From Woeseiaceae bacterium (GTDB lineage Bacteria > Pseudomonadota > Gammaproteobacteria > Steroidobacterales > Woeseiaceae), in assembly GCA_036350895.1 (NCBI GenBank), contig JAZBNZ010000234.1, forward strand, positions 5,600 through 69,599: 64,000 nucleotides of DNA. The letters are read 5' to 3'. The position numbers and the translations under genes were made by a program. The notes under the pieces are model-generated. The model was not told where the DNA came from. It saw only the letters and a program-made list of their open reading frames with translations, and searched no databases. Positions within the stretch are counted from its first letter, which is position 1. The number at the start of each line of letters is the position of its first letter. Below are positions 27,054 to 42,389 of the stretch, piece after piece.

Positions 27054-27750
27054 GTCCGCATGACTCCGATCGCCTGCGAAATATAGAACCCGGACGTTAT
27101 GCGGGCGGTCCTGTCGGCCGACCAGCCGGCCGGGCCCACGGAGCCGTTGATGCCCTCTACGAGGCGCTGTGTCTTCAGGGGCACGATCGACGGCGCCCGG
27201 TGCGAACGATGCGGTAACAGGCGGCCGACGAAATGCATGGCCCCGAGCATCGGGGTCCACGGCGCGCTGGTGAACAGCACACCCTCGCGCGAACGCGCGG
27301 TGAAATCGCCGATCACCTTCAGAACGTCGTCCTGCTCGTAGTGAATCAGGGAATCCATTGCGACGATGTAGTCCACCTCCGCGGGTGCATCCTCGAGCAT
27401 GTCCCCGACCCGGAACTCGACGCTGCCGGAGGTGTAGACCTCAGCCGCGCGCCGGCGTGCCACGTCGATCAGGTTGGCGGCGACGTCGATGCCGACGACG
27501 TCGGCACCCCGCGCGGCCGCCTCGACCGATAGCGCGCCCGTGCCGCAGCCCGCGTCGAGCAGCGTCTTGCCGCTCAGGTCGTCGGGCAGCCAGTCGAGGA
27601 GCGTCTGCCGCATTTCATCGCGCCCTGCCCGCACCGTGCGCCGGATACCGTTGACCGGATCCGTCGACGTCAAGGCCTGCCAGGCCTTGGCCGCCGTCTG
27701 GTCGAAATAAGTCGTCAGCTGGTCACGACGTTGCAGGTAGGACTGGCGCA

Positions 27751-27751
<1 letters not shown>
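27047..27751 (-). CDS. bchM: Mg-protoporphyrin IX O-methyltransferase
   Basis: LLDAGCGTGALSVEAAARGADVVGIDV SAM motif, with a BchM-type N-terminus (...YFDQTAAKAWQALTS). ATG at 27751; an alternative TTG at 27754 overlaps the bchL stop. Confidence 0.92.
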
Positions 27752-32337
<4,586 letters not shown>

Positions 32338-32363
<26 letters not shown>

Positions 32364-33888
32364 CGTACAGCGTCTCCGAGGTTATGGTCTGTATGCCGCG
32401 CTCGCGGGCGAAAGCTTCGGTGTTGCGCCGGGCCTTGCCGCGGACGAAGAACGGGATGCGGCGCAGGGTCTTTTCGGCGTCGGCGCTCCAGGCGAGACCG
32501 GCCGCGTCGCCCGGTTCGAGTGCCGCGGTTTCCCCGCCGCTGTTCCCGGGCTTGTCCTTGGTACCGCCGCCGAGGTGCGACGGCGTCGCATCGTTGTGGA
32601 ACTCGAAGTCGTCGCTGAACATGCCGAGCAGGTGCTCCTCGAGCCCCATCATCAGCGGGTGCACCCAGGTATCGAAAATGACGTTGGCGCCCTCGTAGCC
32701 CATCTGCGGCGCGTAGGCGGCCGGGTAGTCCTGGACGTGCGTCGGTGCCGAGATGACCGCGCAGGCGATCCCGAGACGCTTGGCGATGTGCCGCTCCATC
32801 TGCGTCCCGAGGACGAGCTCGGGTTGCAGTTCCTGCACCTTCGCCTCGACCTCGAGGTAGTCGTCCGTGATCAGCGGCTCTATGCCGAGTTCGCGCGCCG
32901 TGGCCCGAACCTTCTTGGCCTGTTCGCGGCTGTAGGTACCGATACCGACGACATCGAAGCCGAACTCGTCCCGGCACATGCGGGCGGCGGCGACGGCGTG
33001 CGTGGCGTCGCCGAAGACGAAGACGCGCTTGTCGGTCAGGTAAGTCGAGTCGATCGAGCGGGAATACCACGGCAGCCGGGAGTGCGCGGTGCCGAGCACC
33101 GGGGCCGGATCGAGACCGGTCAGCGCGGCGACTTCGCGAACGAACTGGTTCGTCGCCTCGACCCCGATCGGCACCGTGTCCACGTACGGCTGGCCGAAGT
33201 TGCGCTCCAGCCAGCGTGCCGTGGTCTCGGCGATCTCGGGATAGAGACAGACGTTGAAATCCGCCTCACCGATCCGGCGTATGTCGTCGGGCGTCGCATT
33301 CCACGGCGCAACGACGTTGATGTCGACGCCAAGCTGTGCGAGCAGCGTCGTCACCTCGGTGACGTCATCCCGATGCCGGAAGCCCAGCGCCGTCGGGCCG
33401 AGGACATTGCAGCTCGGCTTTAGCGCCGCCGCCCGCTCGGGATCCGGCGCGACGGCGAGCGTGCGCACGATGTAATAGAAAGTCTCGGCGGCGCCCCAGT
33501 TCTCCTTGCGCTGGTAGGACGGCAGCTCGAGGGGAATAACGGGAATCGGCAGCGCGAGCGCCTCCGCGAGCCCGCCCGGGTCGTCCTGGATGAGTTCGGC
33601 CGTGCAGGATGCGCCGACGAGCATTGCCTTCGGCTGGAAGCGCTCGTAGGCATCGCGCGCGGCATCCTGGAACAGCTGCGCCGTGTCGGAGCCCAGGTCG
33701 CGGGCCTGGAACGTCGTGTAGGTGACGGGCGGCCGATGGGCCCGGCGCTCGATCATCGTGAACAGCAGGTCCGCATAGGTGTCACCCTGCGGCGCATGCA
33801 GCACGTAATGAACGTCGCGCATGGCGGTGGCCACGCGCATCGCGCCGACGTGCGGCGGTCCTTCGTATGTCCACAGCGTCAGTTCCAT
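32338..33888 (-). CDS. bchB: Light-independent protochlorophyllide reductase subunit B
   Basis: [48 protein letters not shown]... is the canonical BchB N-terminus. Confidence 0.95.
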
Positions 33889-35697
<1,809 letters not shown>

Positions 35698-35743
35698 TTA
35701 GTTCTTGTCACTCTCGCCACCGACGGCGCGAGTCCGAGCCCAG

Positions 35744-35807
35744 AGTATAGTGTCAATTTTGCCTTACGTAAATATTTCTTGACATCTTCCGCAAAGAGGC
35801 GTTAAGT
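35744..35807. promoter_or_regulatory. AT-rich divergent bchF / ppaA promoter region with a TGTCAA...TTGACA palindrome and degenerate PpsR-like boxes
   Basis: TGTCAATTTTGCCTTACG (35751-35768) overlaps CGTAAATATTTCTTGACA (35767-35784). Plus strand: TTGACA (35779-84), 17 nt, TTAAGT (35802-07). Minus strand: TTTACG (35772-67), 17 nt, TATACT (35749-44). Confidence 0.4.
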
Positions 35808-35923
35808 GATCCTCGATGCGCGGATCGTTCAGAGTGCGCGTCACTTGATTAGCGGGGCTGTCGGGGAGGTCCTGCGCGCGGGCGGCGTGCTATTTGGGTT
35901 ATCATCGGGTCTCCTCGCGAGAC

Positions 35924-36817
35924 ATGATAATGACAAGAGAAAATCCGGATCAGCTTAAGAGCGATACCGCGCAGGGAAAAATTCAGGAGTTCGATTCCCC
36001 GAGCAATTCAGAAACGAATAGCGCGGGCGAGCTGGGTGATTTCAGCCTGAAAATGCTGACCCAGCTCGGTCGGACCATCGAGAATGAACTGATACCGCGT
36101 CTTATGCTGGCATTTGATTCAACTCCTGCGAGTACTGCGGCTCCCGCCGCAAACAGGCTCTCGGAGCACGTCGACACCTTCGTTCAGCTCGTCATTGAAA
36201 ACGAAGCCGATGTCGCCGCGCGTTATGTAGACACCCTTCGCGCCGAAGGCTTTCCGATAGCAACCCTGTACCTGGACCTCCTGGCACCCGCTGCCCGCCG
36301 TCTCGGTGATATGTGGGACACCGATGACGTCTCCTTCGCAGACGTCACGATCGGCGTCTGCCGCATGCACCAGGTACTGTTGGAATTCACTCGCTGTTTC
36401 GACGCCACGACCAAGAACGGCGACGACTCGCAAACTGCGCTGATCGCACCGGCTCCCGGTGAACAGCACACGTTCGGGTTGTTCATGGTCATGGAATTCC
36501 TGCGCCGCGAAGGGTGGACCTGCTACAGCGGTACGCCTTCGACGCGCAAGGAATTCCTAAAACTTGCCAACAGTGCGGATTTCAGGCTCATCGGTCTGTC
36601 GATAAGCGCCGATCGCAACCTGCAGGAAGCCGGCCAGCTCATCAAAGACCTCCGGCGACGAACCGACGCGAAAATACTCGTTGGTGGTCGCTGCGTACTC
36701 GAGAGTCCGAAACTGGTGGATGAACTCGGTGCTGACGCCATGGCCAGAGACGGCCGCGAGGCAGCCCGTGTCATCAACAAACTGATTCGCGAAGCGCGCA
36801 GTCACCAGACTCCTTAG
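35924..36817 (+). CDS. ppaA: Cobalamin-binding antirepressor PpaA/AerR
   Basis: B12-binding-domain signature APAPGEQHTFGLFMVMEFLRREGW (E-x-H-x-x-G) followed by RLIGLSIS...ILVGG. Immediately upstream of ppsR. ATG at 35924 (or 35930); the track starts at an upstream TTG. Confidence 0.8.
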   Translation: MIMTRENPDQLKSDTAQGKIQEFDSPSNSETNSAGELGDFSLKMLTQLGRTIENELIPRLMLAFDSTPASTAAPAANRLSEHVDTFVQLVIENEADVAARYVDTLRAEGFPIATLYLDLLAPAARRLGDMWDTDDVSFADVTIGVCRMHQVLLEFTRCFDATTKNGDDSQTALIAPAPGEQHTFGLFMVMEFLRREGWTCYSGTPSTRKEFLKLANSADFRLIGLSISADRNLQEAGQLIKDLRRRTDAKILVGGRCVLESPKLVDELGADAMARDGREAARVINKLIREARSHQTP

Positions 36818-36875
36818 TCGGTAATGGGCAGCGTCGCCCTTAGGCGGCGTCAGGACGAAAGGAAGCAACCGCAAA

Positions 36876-38264
36876 GTGGTCAAGACGCAATCACCGGATG
36901 TGCTGTCGAACGCGCTGAGCACGGGCATTGCATCGAGGCTCGTACTCGAAGCCAACGATATCTGTCTCGTCATCGACCCGAAGGGCGTCATCCAGGACGT
37001 CTCCCTAGGCTCCGAAGATGCTGCACTGGAGCCGCTCAGGGACTGGATCGGCCAGCAGTGGGTCGACACGGTAACCGTCGAAAGTAAAAATAAAATCAAA
37101 GACTTACTGAACGGTGCCACCAACGCTTCGCGGTGGCGCCAGGTCAACCATGTCATGGCGGAGGGCCTGGACCTCCCTATCTCCTGGAAGACCATGGACC
37201 TCGGCGAAAACGGCGCCGTGCTGGCGGTCGGCCGCAACCTGCGGCAGGTCTCGCAGCTGCAGCAGCGCCTGCTCGACGTCCAGAACTCGCTGGAGCGCGA
37301 CTACGCGCGGCTGAACCAGGCCGAAGTGCGCTACCGGATGCTGTTCTCGATGGCCTCCGAGGCCATACTTTTCGTGGATGCCGACAGCCGCAAGATCGTC
37401 GAGGCGAACCCGGCCGCGGGACGACTCCTCGACAAACCGGCGAGCAAGCTCTTGAACCGGACGTTTCCGCGCGGCTTCACCGACAACAGCAGCGATGCAA
37501 TCGAGGAACTGATGCTCAGGGTGCGCGCCGCCGGCGGCGCGGAGGACCTCATCGTCAAGACCGCGCATAACGACAAGGCGATACGCATCAACGCCGCTCT
37601 CGTGCGTCGCGAAGACGGCCCCTATTTCCTGATCCGGATGCACGCGCCGGAACACGGCGTGCACGACGATCATTCGAACCAGATCCTCGACATCATCAAC
37701 CGCGCGCCCGACGCCTTCGTCGTGACCGATCCGGATGGCCGGATTCGCGCCACCAACCAGGCGTTCCTCAACCTGACGGCCATGGCAACCGTCCTGCAGG
37801 TGGCCAACGAGCCGCTCGACCGCTGGCTCGGCCGAACGGGCGTCGACGTGGCGCTGCTGCTCCGCAACCTGCGCGACCGGAACGAGATTCGCTCCTACGA
37901 TACAACCCTGTACCCCGAGTTCGGCGACCCGCTCGATGTCGAACTCTCGGGCGTATCTGCGCTCGACAGTGATGATCCCTGTCTGGGCTTTATCATTCGC
38001 CGCCGGGTGCAACCGACGACCGCACCGAGCAGCGATGCACCGCAACTGCCGCGCTCCCTCGAGGAGATGACCGAGCTCGTCGGCCGCGTCCCGCTGAAGG
38101 AACTGGTGCGCGAAACGACGGACATCATCGAGCGCATGTGCATCGAGGCTGCCCTCAAGATGTCCGACCAGAGCCGCGCGGGTGCGGCCGAGATGCTCGG
38201 CCTCAGCCGACAGAGCCTCTACGTCAAGCTGCGGCGTTACGGGATCGGCGGCGACGACGACTAG
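36876..38264 (+). CDS. ppsR: Photosynthesis gene repressor PpsR/CrtJ
   Basis: Multiple PAS-like segments and a C-terminal Fis-type HTH (AAEMLGLSRQSLYVKLRRYGI). Position between ppaA and bchG. Confidence 0.88.
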   Translation: MVKTQSPDVLSNALSTGIASRLVLEANDICLVIDPKGVIQDVSLGSEDAALEPLRDWIGQQWVDTVTVESKNKIKDLLNGATNASRWRQVNHVMAEGLDLPISWKTMDLGENGAVLAVGRNLRQVSQLQQRLLDVQNSLERDYARLNQAEVRYRMLFSMASEAILFVDADSRKIVEANPAAGRLLDKPASKLLNRTFPRGFTDNSSDAIEELMLRVRAAGGAEDLIVKTAHNDKAIRINAALVRREDGPYFLIRMHAPEHGVHDDHSNQILDIINRAPDAFVVTDPDGRIRATNQAFLNLTAMATVLQVANEPLDRWLGRTGVDVALLLRNLRDRNEIRSYDTTLYPEFGDPLDVELSGVSALDSDDPCLGFIIRRRVQPTTAPSSDAPQLPRSLEEMTELVGRVPLKELVRETTDIIERMCIEAALKMSDQSRAGAAEMLGLSRQSLYVKLRRYGIGGDDD

Positions 38265-38374
38265 GCGGGTCGAGGGCACCTCGTCCGGAAAGCGCCACCG
38301 GGACCCGTCACGACGATTTTTTCGGCTTTCCGCCGCGAAAGATTCGAAGATTGGCGCAGGTCGCCGCTCGAGAC

Positions 38375-38418
38375 TGTAATTTTTAGTTGACGCTTTGATG
38401 TGTCAAGTATTATTGTCA
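38375..38418. promoter_or_regulatory. Pair of degenerate PpsR-type boxes 8 bp apart upstream of bchG
   Basis: TGTAATTTTTAGTTGACG (38375-38392; TGT-N12-ACG) and TGTCAAGTATTATTGTCA (38401-38418; TGT-N12-TCA). They embed TTGACG (38387-92) and TATTAT (38408-13); the -10-like hexamer ends 9 nt before the bchG ATG. Confidence 0.45.
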
Positions 38419-38422
38419 GTCG

Positions 38423-39331
38423 ATGGGACGTGCGACTGCCAGTACTGTAACTGCCGAACGCCCGGCCTGGACCGCCTATATAGAGCTCCTGAAACCGATC
38501 ACGTGGTTTCCGCCGATGTGGGCCTTCGGGTGCGGGGTGGTGTCATCCGGTCAGGCCTTGCCGGAGCGCTGGCCGTTCGCGCTCGCCGGTATCCTGCTGG
38601 CGGGACCGCTCGTCTGCGGCGCCAGCCAGATCGTCAACGACTGGTTCGACCGCGAGGTCGACGCCATCAACGAGCCTGGCAGGCCCGTGCCGTCGGGGCG
38701 TGTCCCCGGCAGGAATGCCCTGTATTTCGCCATTCTGTGGTCGGCGCTGTCACTCTGGGTCGGCGCGATGCTCGGAACCTGGGTATTCGCCGCAACCGTC
38801 GTCGGCGTCGCTCTCGCCTGGGCCTACAGCGCCCCGCCGTTCCGGCTGAAGCTGAATGGCTGGTGGGGTAACGCGGCCGTCGGCCTCTGCTACGAGGGAC
38901 TGCCCTGGTTTACCGCCGCCGCCGCGATCGTCGGCGGCCTGCCGGCAACCGAGGTCATCCTGCTGGCGCTGCTGTACAGCGCCGGTGCGCACGGCATCAT
39001 GACACTCAATGACTTCAAGGCGATCGAGGGCGACCAGCAGCTGGGCGTCCGGACCCTGCCGGTGCAGCTGGGCGCCGATGGCGCTGCCCGGGTCGCCTGC
39101 GGGGTGATGCTGGTGCCGCAACTCGTCGTCATCGCACTGCTCCTCGACTGGAACCTGCCGGTGTCGGCAGCGGCCGTCGGCGCCCTGGTGCTGGCGCAGG
39201 CCGGCTTGATGGGCTGGTTCCTCGCCCGGCCGATCGAACGGGCAATCTGGCTGAGCGCGTTCGGGGTTACGCTGTACGTCCTCGGCATGCTGGCGAGCGC
39301 TATCGGCGTTCGCGGACTGGTGATCGCATGA
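38423..39331 (+). CDS. bchG: Bacteriochlorophyll synthase (UbiA prenyltransferase family)
   Basis: ...YIELLKPITWFPPMWAFGCG...NDWFDREVDAINEPGRPVPSG: UbiA-family Asp-rich motif, in PGC context. Confidence 0.93.
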   Translation: MGRATASTVTAERPAWTAYIELLKPITWFPPMWAFGCGVVSSGQALPERWPFALAGILLAGPLVCGASQIVNDWFDREVDAINEPGRPVPSGRVPGRNALYFAILWSALSLWVGAMLGTWVFAATVVGVALAWAYSAPPFRLKLNGWWGNAAVGLCYEGLPWFTAAAAIVGGLPATEVILLALLYSAGAHGIMTLNDFKAIEGDQQLGVRTLPVQLGADGAARVACGVMLVPQLVVIALLLDWNLPVSAAAVGALVLAQAGLMGWFLARPIERAIWLSAFGVTLYVLGMLASAIGVRGLVIA

Positions 39332-40659
39332 ACGCGCCGCTGTCGTGGTGGGGTATCTGCCGCCTGGGGCTCGTCCAGACTTCGCTCGGCGCCATTGTCG
39401 TCATGACGACATCGACGCTGAACCGGGTCATGGTCGTCGAACTCGCACTCCCGGCCATGTTGCCGGGCGCTCTCGTCGCACTGCACTACTTCGTCCAGAT
39501 TTCACGGCCACGATTCGGCCACGGTTCGGATACGGGCAGACGCCGGACTCCCTGGATCATCGGCGGTATGGCCGTGCTCGGTGCCGGCGGCGTCCTCGCC
39601 GCGGCGGCGACCGCCTGGATGGCGACCGCGCCCGCCTTCGGCATTATGCTGGCGATGTTCGCCTTCGTACTGATCGGCGCAGGCGTCGGTGCCAGCGGTA
39701 CCTGCCTGCTCGTACTGCTGGCCGCCACGGTCGCGCCGGAGCGACGTGCTGCCGCGGCCAGCATCACCTGGATCATGATGATCATGGGCTTCGCGGTCAC
39801 CGCGGGTATCGCCGGTGCGTTCCTCGATCCGTTCACGTTCACGCGGCTCGTCGTCATTTCTGCCGTGATCGCCGCGATAGCGCTCTCCGTGACCGTGGTG
39901 GCGCTGCGCGGCATCGAGACGACGCCCGCAACGGCACAGACCGAGGGCGAACCGGCACCGCACCGTTTCCGGGAAGCGCTCGCCGAGGTCATGGCCGAGT
40001 CGCATACGCGCCGCTTTGCTCTGTTCGTCTTCGTCTCGATGCTCGCGTACAGCGCCCAGGACCTGGTCCTGGAACCGTTCGCCGGCGCCGTGCTGTCGCT
40101 GACGCCCGGCGCCTCGACGCAGCTCGGTGGCCTGCAACACGGCGGCGTCCTGCTCGGCATGGTCGCCGTCGCCCTGCTCGGCTCGCGCATCGGTGCGGGA
40201 CGGCAGCGCTTCATGCGCACATTCGTCGTCGCCGGCTGCCTAGGTTCGACCGTCCTGCTCGGCGGCCTGGCGATTGCCGGCTTCGTCGGCGACAGCTGGC
40301 CGCTGTACGCCAACGTCTTCCTGCTGGGTATCGCCAACGGCGTCTTCGCGGTTGCCGCCATCGGCGCGATGATGGGTCTCGTCGCCGAAGGCGCCAAACG
40401 GCGTGACGGCGTACGCATGGGCGTCTGGGGCGCCGCACAGGCCATTGCATTCGGCCTCGGCGGCGTGCTCGGTACAACGATGGTCGACATCGTGCGCTGG
40501 GTCACCGGATCGCCGCTGTATGCCTACTCTTTCGTGTTCCTCGCCCAGGGCGTGCTTTTCTCGGTCGCGGTCGTTCTCGCACTGCGCCTGTCCGCAGCCG
40601 ATGCGGACTCCCATTCAATCAACGTGCCGGCCGGCCAGTTGCGCCCCGAGGCCGGATAA
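39328..40659 (+). CDS. PucC-family MFS protein (the 'bch2'/orf428-type gene between bchG and bchP)
   Basis: LGLVQTSLGAIVVMTTSTLNRVMVVELALPAMLPG..., paralogous to lhaA. The ATG overlaps the bchG stop (ATGA). Confidence 0.8.
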   Translation: MNAPLSWWGICRLGLVQTSLGAIVVMTTSTLNRVMVVELALPAMLPGALVALHYFVQISRPRFGHGSDTGRRRTPWIIGGMAVLGAGGVLAAAATAWMATAPAFGIMLAMFAFVLIGAGVGASGTCLLVLLAATVAPERRAAAASITWIMMIMGFAVTAGIAGAFLDPFTFTRLVVISAVIAAIALSVTVVALRGIETTPATAQTEGEPAPHRFREALAEVMAESHTRRFALFVFVSMLAYSAQDLVLEPFAGAVLSLTPGASTQLGGLQHGGVLLGMVAVALLGSRIGAGRQRFMRTFVVAGCLGSTVLLGGLAIAGFVGDSWPLYANVFLLGIANGVFAVAAIGAMMGLVAEGAKRRDGVRMGVWGAAQAIAFGLGGVLGTTMVDIVRWVTGSPLYAYSFVFLAQGVLFSVAVVLALRLSAADADSHSINVPAGQLRPEAG

Positions 40660-40671
40660 GGACCAGTCAAT

Positions 40672-41853
40672 ATGAAACAGTATGATGTTGCGGTAATCGG
40701 CGGAGGCCCTTCGGGTGCCACTGCGGCCCACGAGCTCGCCGAACGCGGCCTGTCCGTGCTGCTGCTCGACCGGAATGGCCGGATCAAGCCCTGCGGGGGC
40801 GCCGTACCGCCGATCCTGCTGCGCGAATTCAACGTGCCGGAATCGCAACTCGAGGCACGGGTTACCGCGGCGCGGATGGTGGCGCCGTCCGAGAAGGAAG
40901 TCGACATGGACATCGGCGGCTTCGTCGGCATGGTGAATCGCGGCCAGTTCGATCCGTGGCTGCGCGAACGGGCAGCGAATGCCGGCGCGGATTACATCGA
41001 AGGTCACTTCGACGGCCTCGAGCGCGAAACCGGCGGCGGGCTCACCGTGAGTTACCGGCCCGGCAGCAAATCGGCCGCCGTCGAAAAAGCCCGGGTCGCG
41101 ACCGTGATCGGTGCCGACGGCGCCGCCTCGCGGGTACGCAAGCAGGCGCTCGGTCACCAGGAAACGATGAAACACGTCTTCGCGTACCACGAAATCGTCC
41201 GCTCCCCGGACGGCAAGACCCCGTGGTTCGACCCCGAACGCTGCGACGTCTACTACCAGGGCAAGGTCTCGCCGGATTTCTACGGCTGGGTCTTCCCGCA
41301 CGGCGAGTGCACGAGTGTCGGCGCAGGTTCGGCCGTGAAGGGCTTTTCGTTGCGGAACGCCGTCAAGATCATGCGCGACAAGGCCAGGCTCGACGACAAT
41401 GCGATCGTGCGCACGGAAGGTGCGCCGCTGCCGCTGAAACCGCTCAAGCGCTGGGATAACGGCCGCGACGTCGTGCTGGTGGGCGACGCTGCAGGCGCCG
41501 TCGCCCCCTCCTCGGGCGAAGGCATCTACTACGCGATGTCGAGTGGCCGCTCGGCGGCCAATGCCGTCACGGCGTTCCTGGAATCCGGCAACCCGAAACG
41601 GCTCGCCGACGTCCGCAAGGACTTCATGAAATCGCACCGCACGGTGTTCTTCGTCCTCGGGGTCCTGCAGTACTGGTGGTACTCGAGCGACAAGCGCCGC
41701 GAGAAATTCGTGGAAATCTGCCGCGATCCCGACGTTCAGAAGCTCACGTGGGACGCCTACATGAACAAGCAACTCGTGCGCGCGAAACCGGCTGCGCACG
41801 TGCGCATCTTCTTCAAGGACATCGCCCACCTGGTCGGGCTCAACCCACGCTGA
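40672..41853 (+). CDS. bchP: Geranylgeranyl diphosphate / geranylgeranyl-bacteriochlorophyllide reductase
   Basis: MKQYDVAVIGGGPSGATAAHELAERGLSVLLLDR FAD fold, and GDAAGAVAPSSGEGIYYAM. Confidence 0.93.
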   Translation: MKQYDVAVIGGGPSGATAAHELAERGLSVLLLDRNGRIKPCGGAVPPILLREFNVPESQLEARVTAARMVAPSEKEVDMDIGGFVGMVNRGQFDPWLRERAANAGADYIEGHFDGLERETGGGLTVSYRPGSKSAAVEKARVATVIGADGAASRVRKQALGHQETMKHVFAYHEIVRSPDGKTPWFDPERCDVYYQGKVSPDFYGWVFPHGECTSVGAGSAVKGFSLRNAVKIMRDKARLDDNAIVRTEGAPLPLKPLKRWDNGRDVVLVGDAAGAVAPSSGEGIYYAMSSGRSAANAVTAFLESGNPKRLADVRKDFMKSHRTVFFVLGVLQYWWYSSDKRREKFVEICRDPDVQKLTWDAYMNKQLVRAKPAAHVRIFFKDIAHLVGLNPR

Positions 41854-42335
41854 TGGATGCGGGCGACAACAGGTTCATCGTGATCGCCGTCGCGGCGGGC
41901 GCGGCGATCGTCGTCGCGATTCTCGGCGCCGTGCTGACCGATATCAGCGACTGGTATTTCTCGCTCGAACGGCCGCCATGGCAACCGCCCGAGTGGGCTT
42001 TCGGCCCTGCGTGGACCACGATTTTCGCATTGACGGCGACCGCCGGCGTCATCGCCTGGACGAAAGGCCCCGAGAGCCGCCCGCTGATCGCGGCGGCTTT
42101 CGTCGTGAACGGCCTATTGAACGTCGCCTGGAGCTGGCTGTTTTTCAGGTTACGGCGCCCCGACTGGGCCTTCGTCGAAGTCTTGCTGTTCTGGGTGTCG
42201 ATCGTGGCACTCATCGTTGTATGCGGGGGTGTGGATACCCTCGCGGGCTGGCTGCTGGCGCCCTACCTCGCGTGGGTGACGTTTGCGGCTTATCTGAATC
42301 GCGTGATCGTCCGGCTCAACCGGCCATTCGCGTAA
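41853..42335 (+). CDS. tspO: Tryptophan-rich sensory protein TspO (160 aa)
   Basis: ...WYFSLERPPWQPPEWAFGPAWTTIF...NVAWSWLFFRLRRP... The ATG overlaps the bchP stop (TGATG). The track ORF 41676.. is an extension reading through the end of bchP. Confidence 0.88.
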   Translation: MDAGDNRFIVIAVAAGAAIVVAILGAVLTDISDWYFSLERPPWQPPEWAFGPAWTTIFALTATAGVIAWTKGPESRPLIAAAFVVNGLLNVAWSWLFFRLRRPDWAFVEVLLFWVSIVALIVVCGGVDTLAGWLLAPYLAWVTFAAYLNRVIVRLNRPFA

Positions 42336-42389
42336 GCAGTAAATAATTAGCAGCCGGCGCATACCGGCTCGAGAAAAAAGGGGCTAGTG

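Noticed and set aside
42336-42386. Possible intrinsic terminator after tspO (AGCCGG-CGCATA-CCGGCT followed by an A-run)
   Set aside because: The stem is only 6 bp and is followed by A residues rather than T residues on the tspO strand. It may be a weak structure, but it does not meet terminator criteria.
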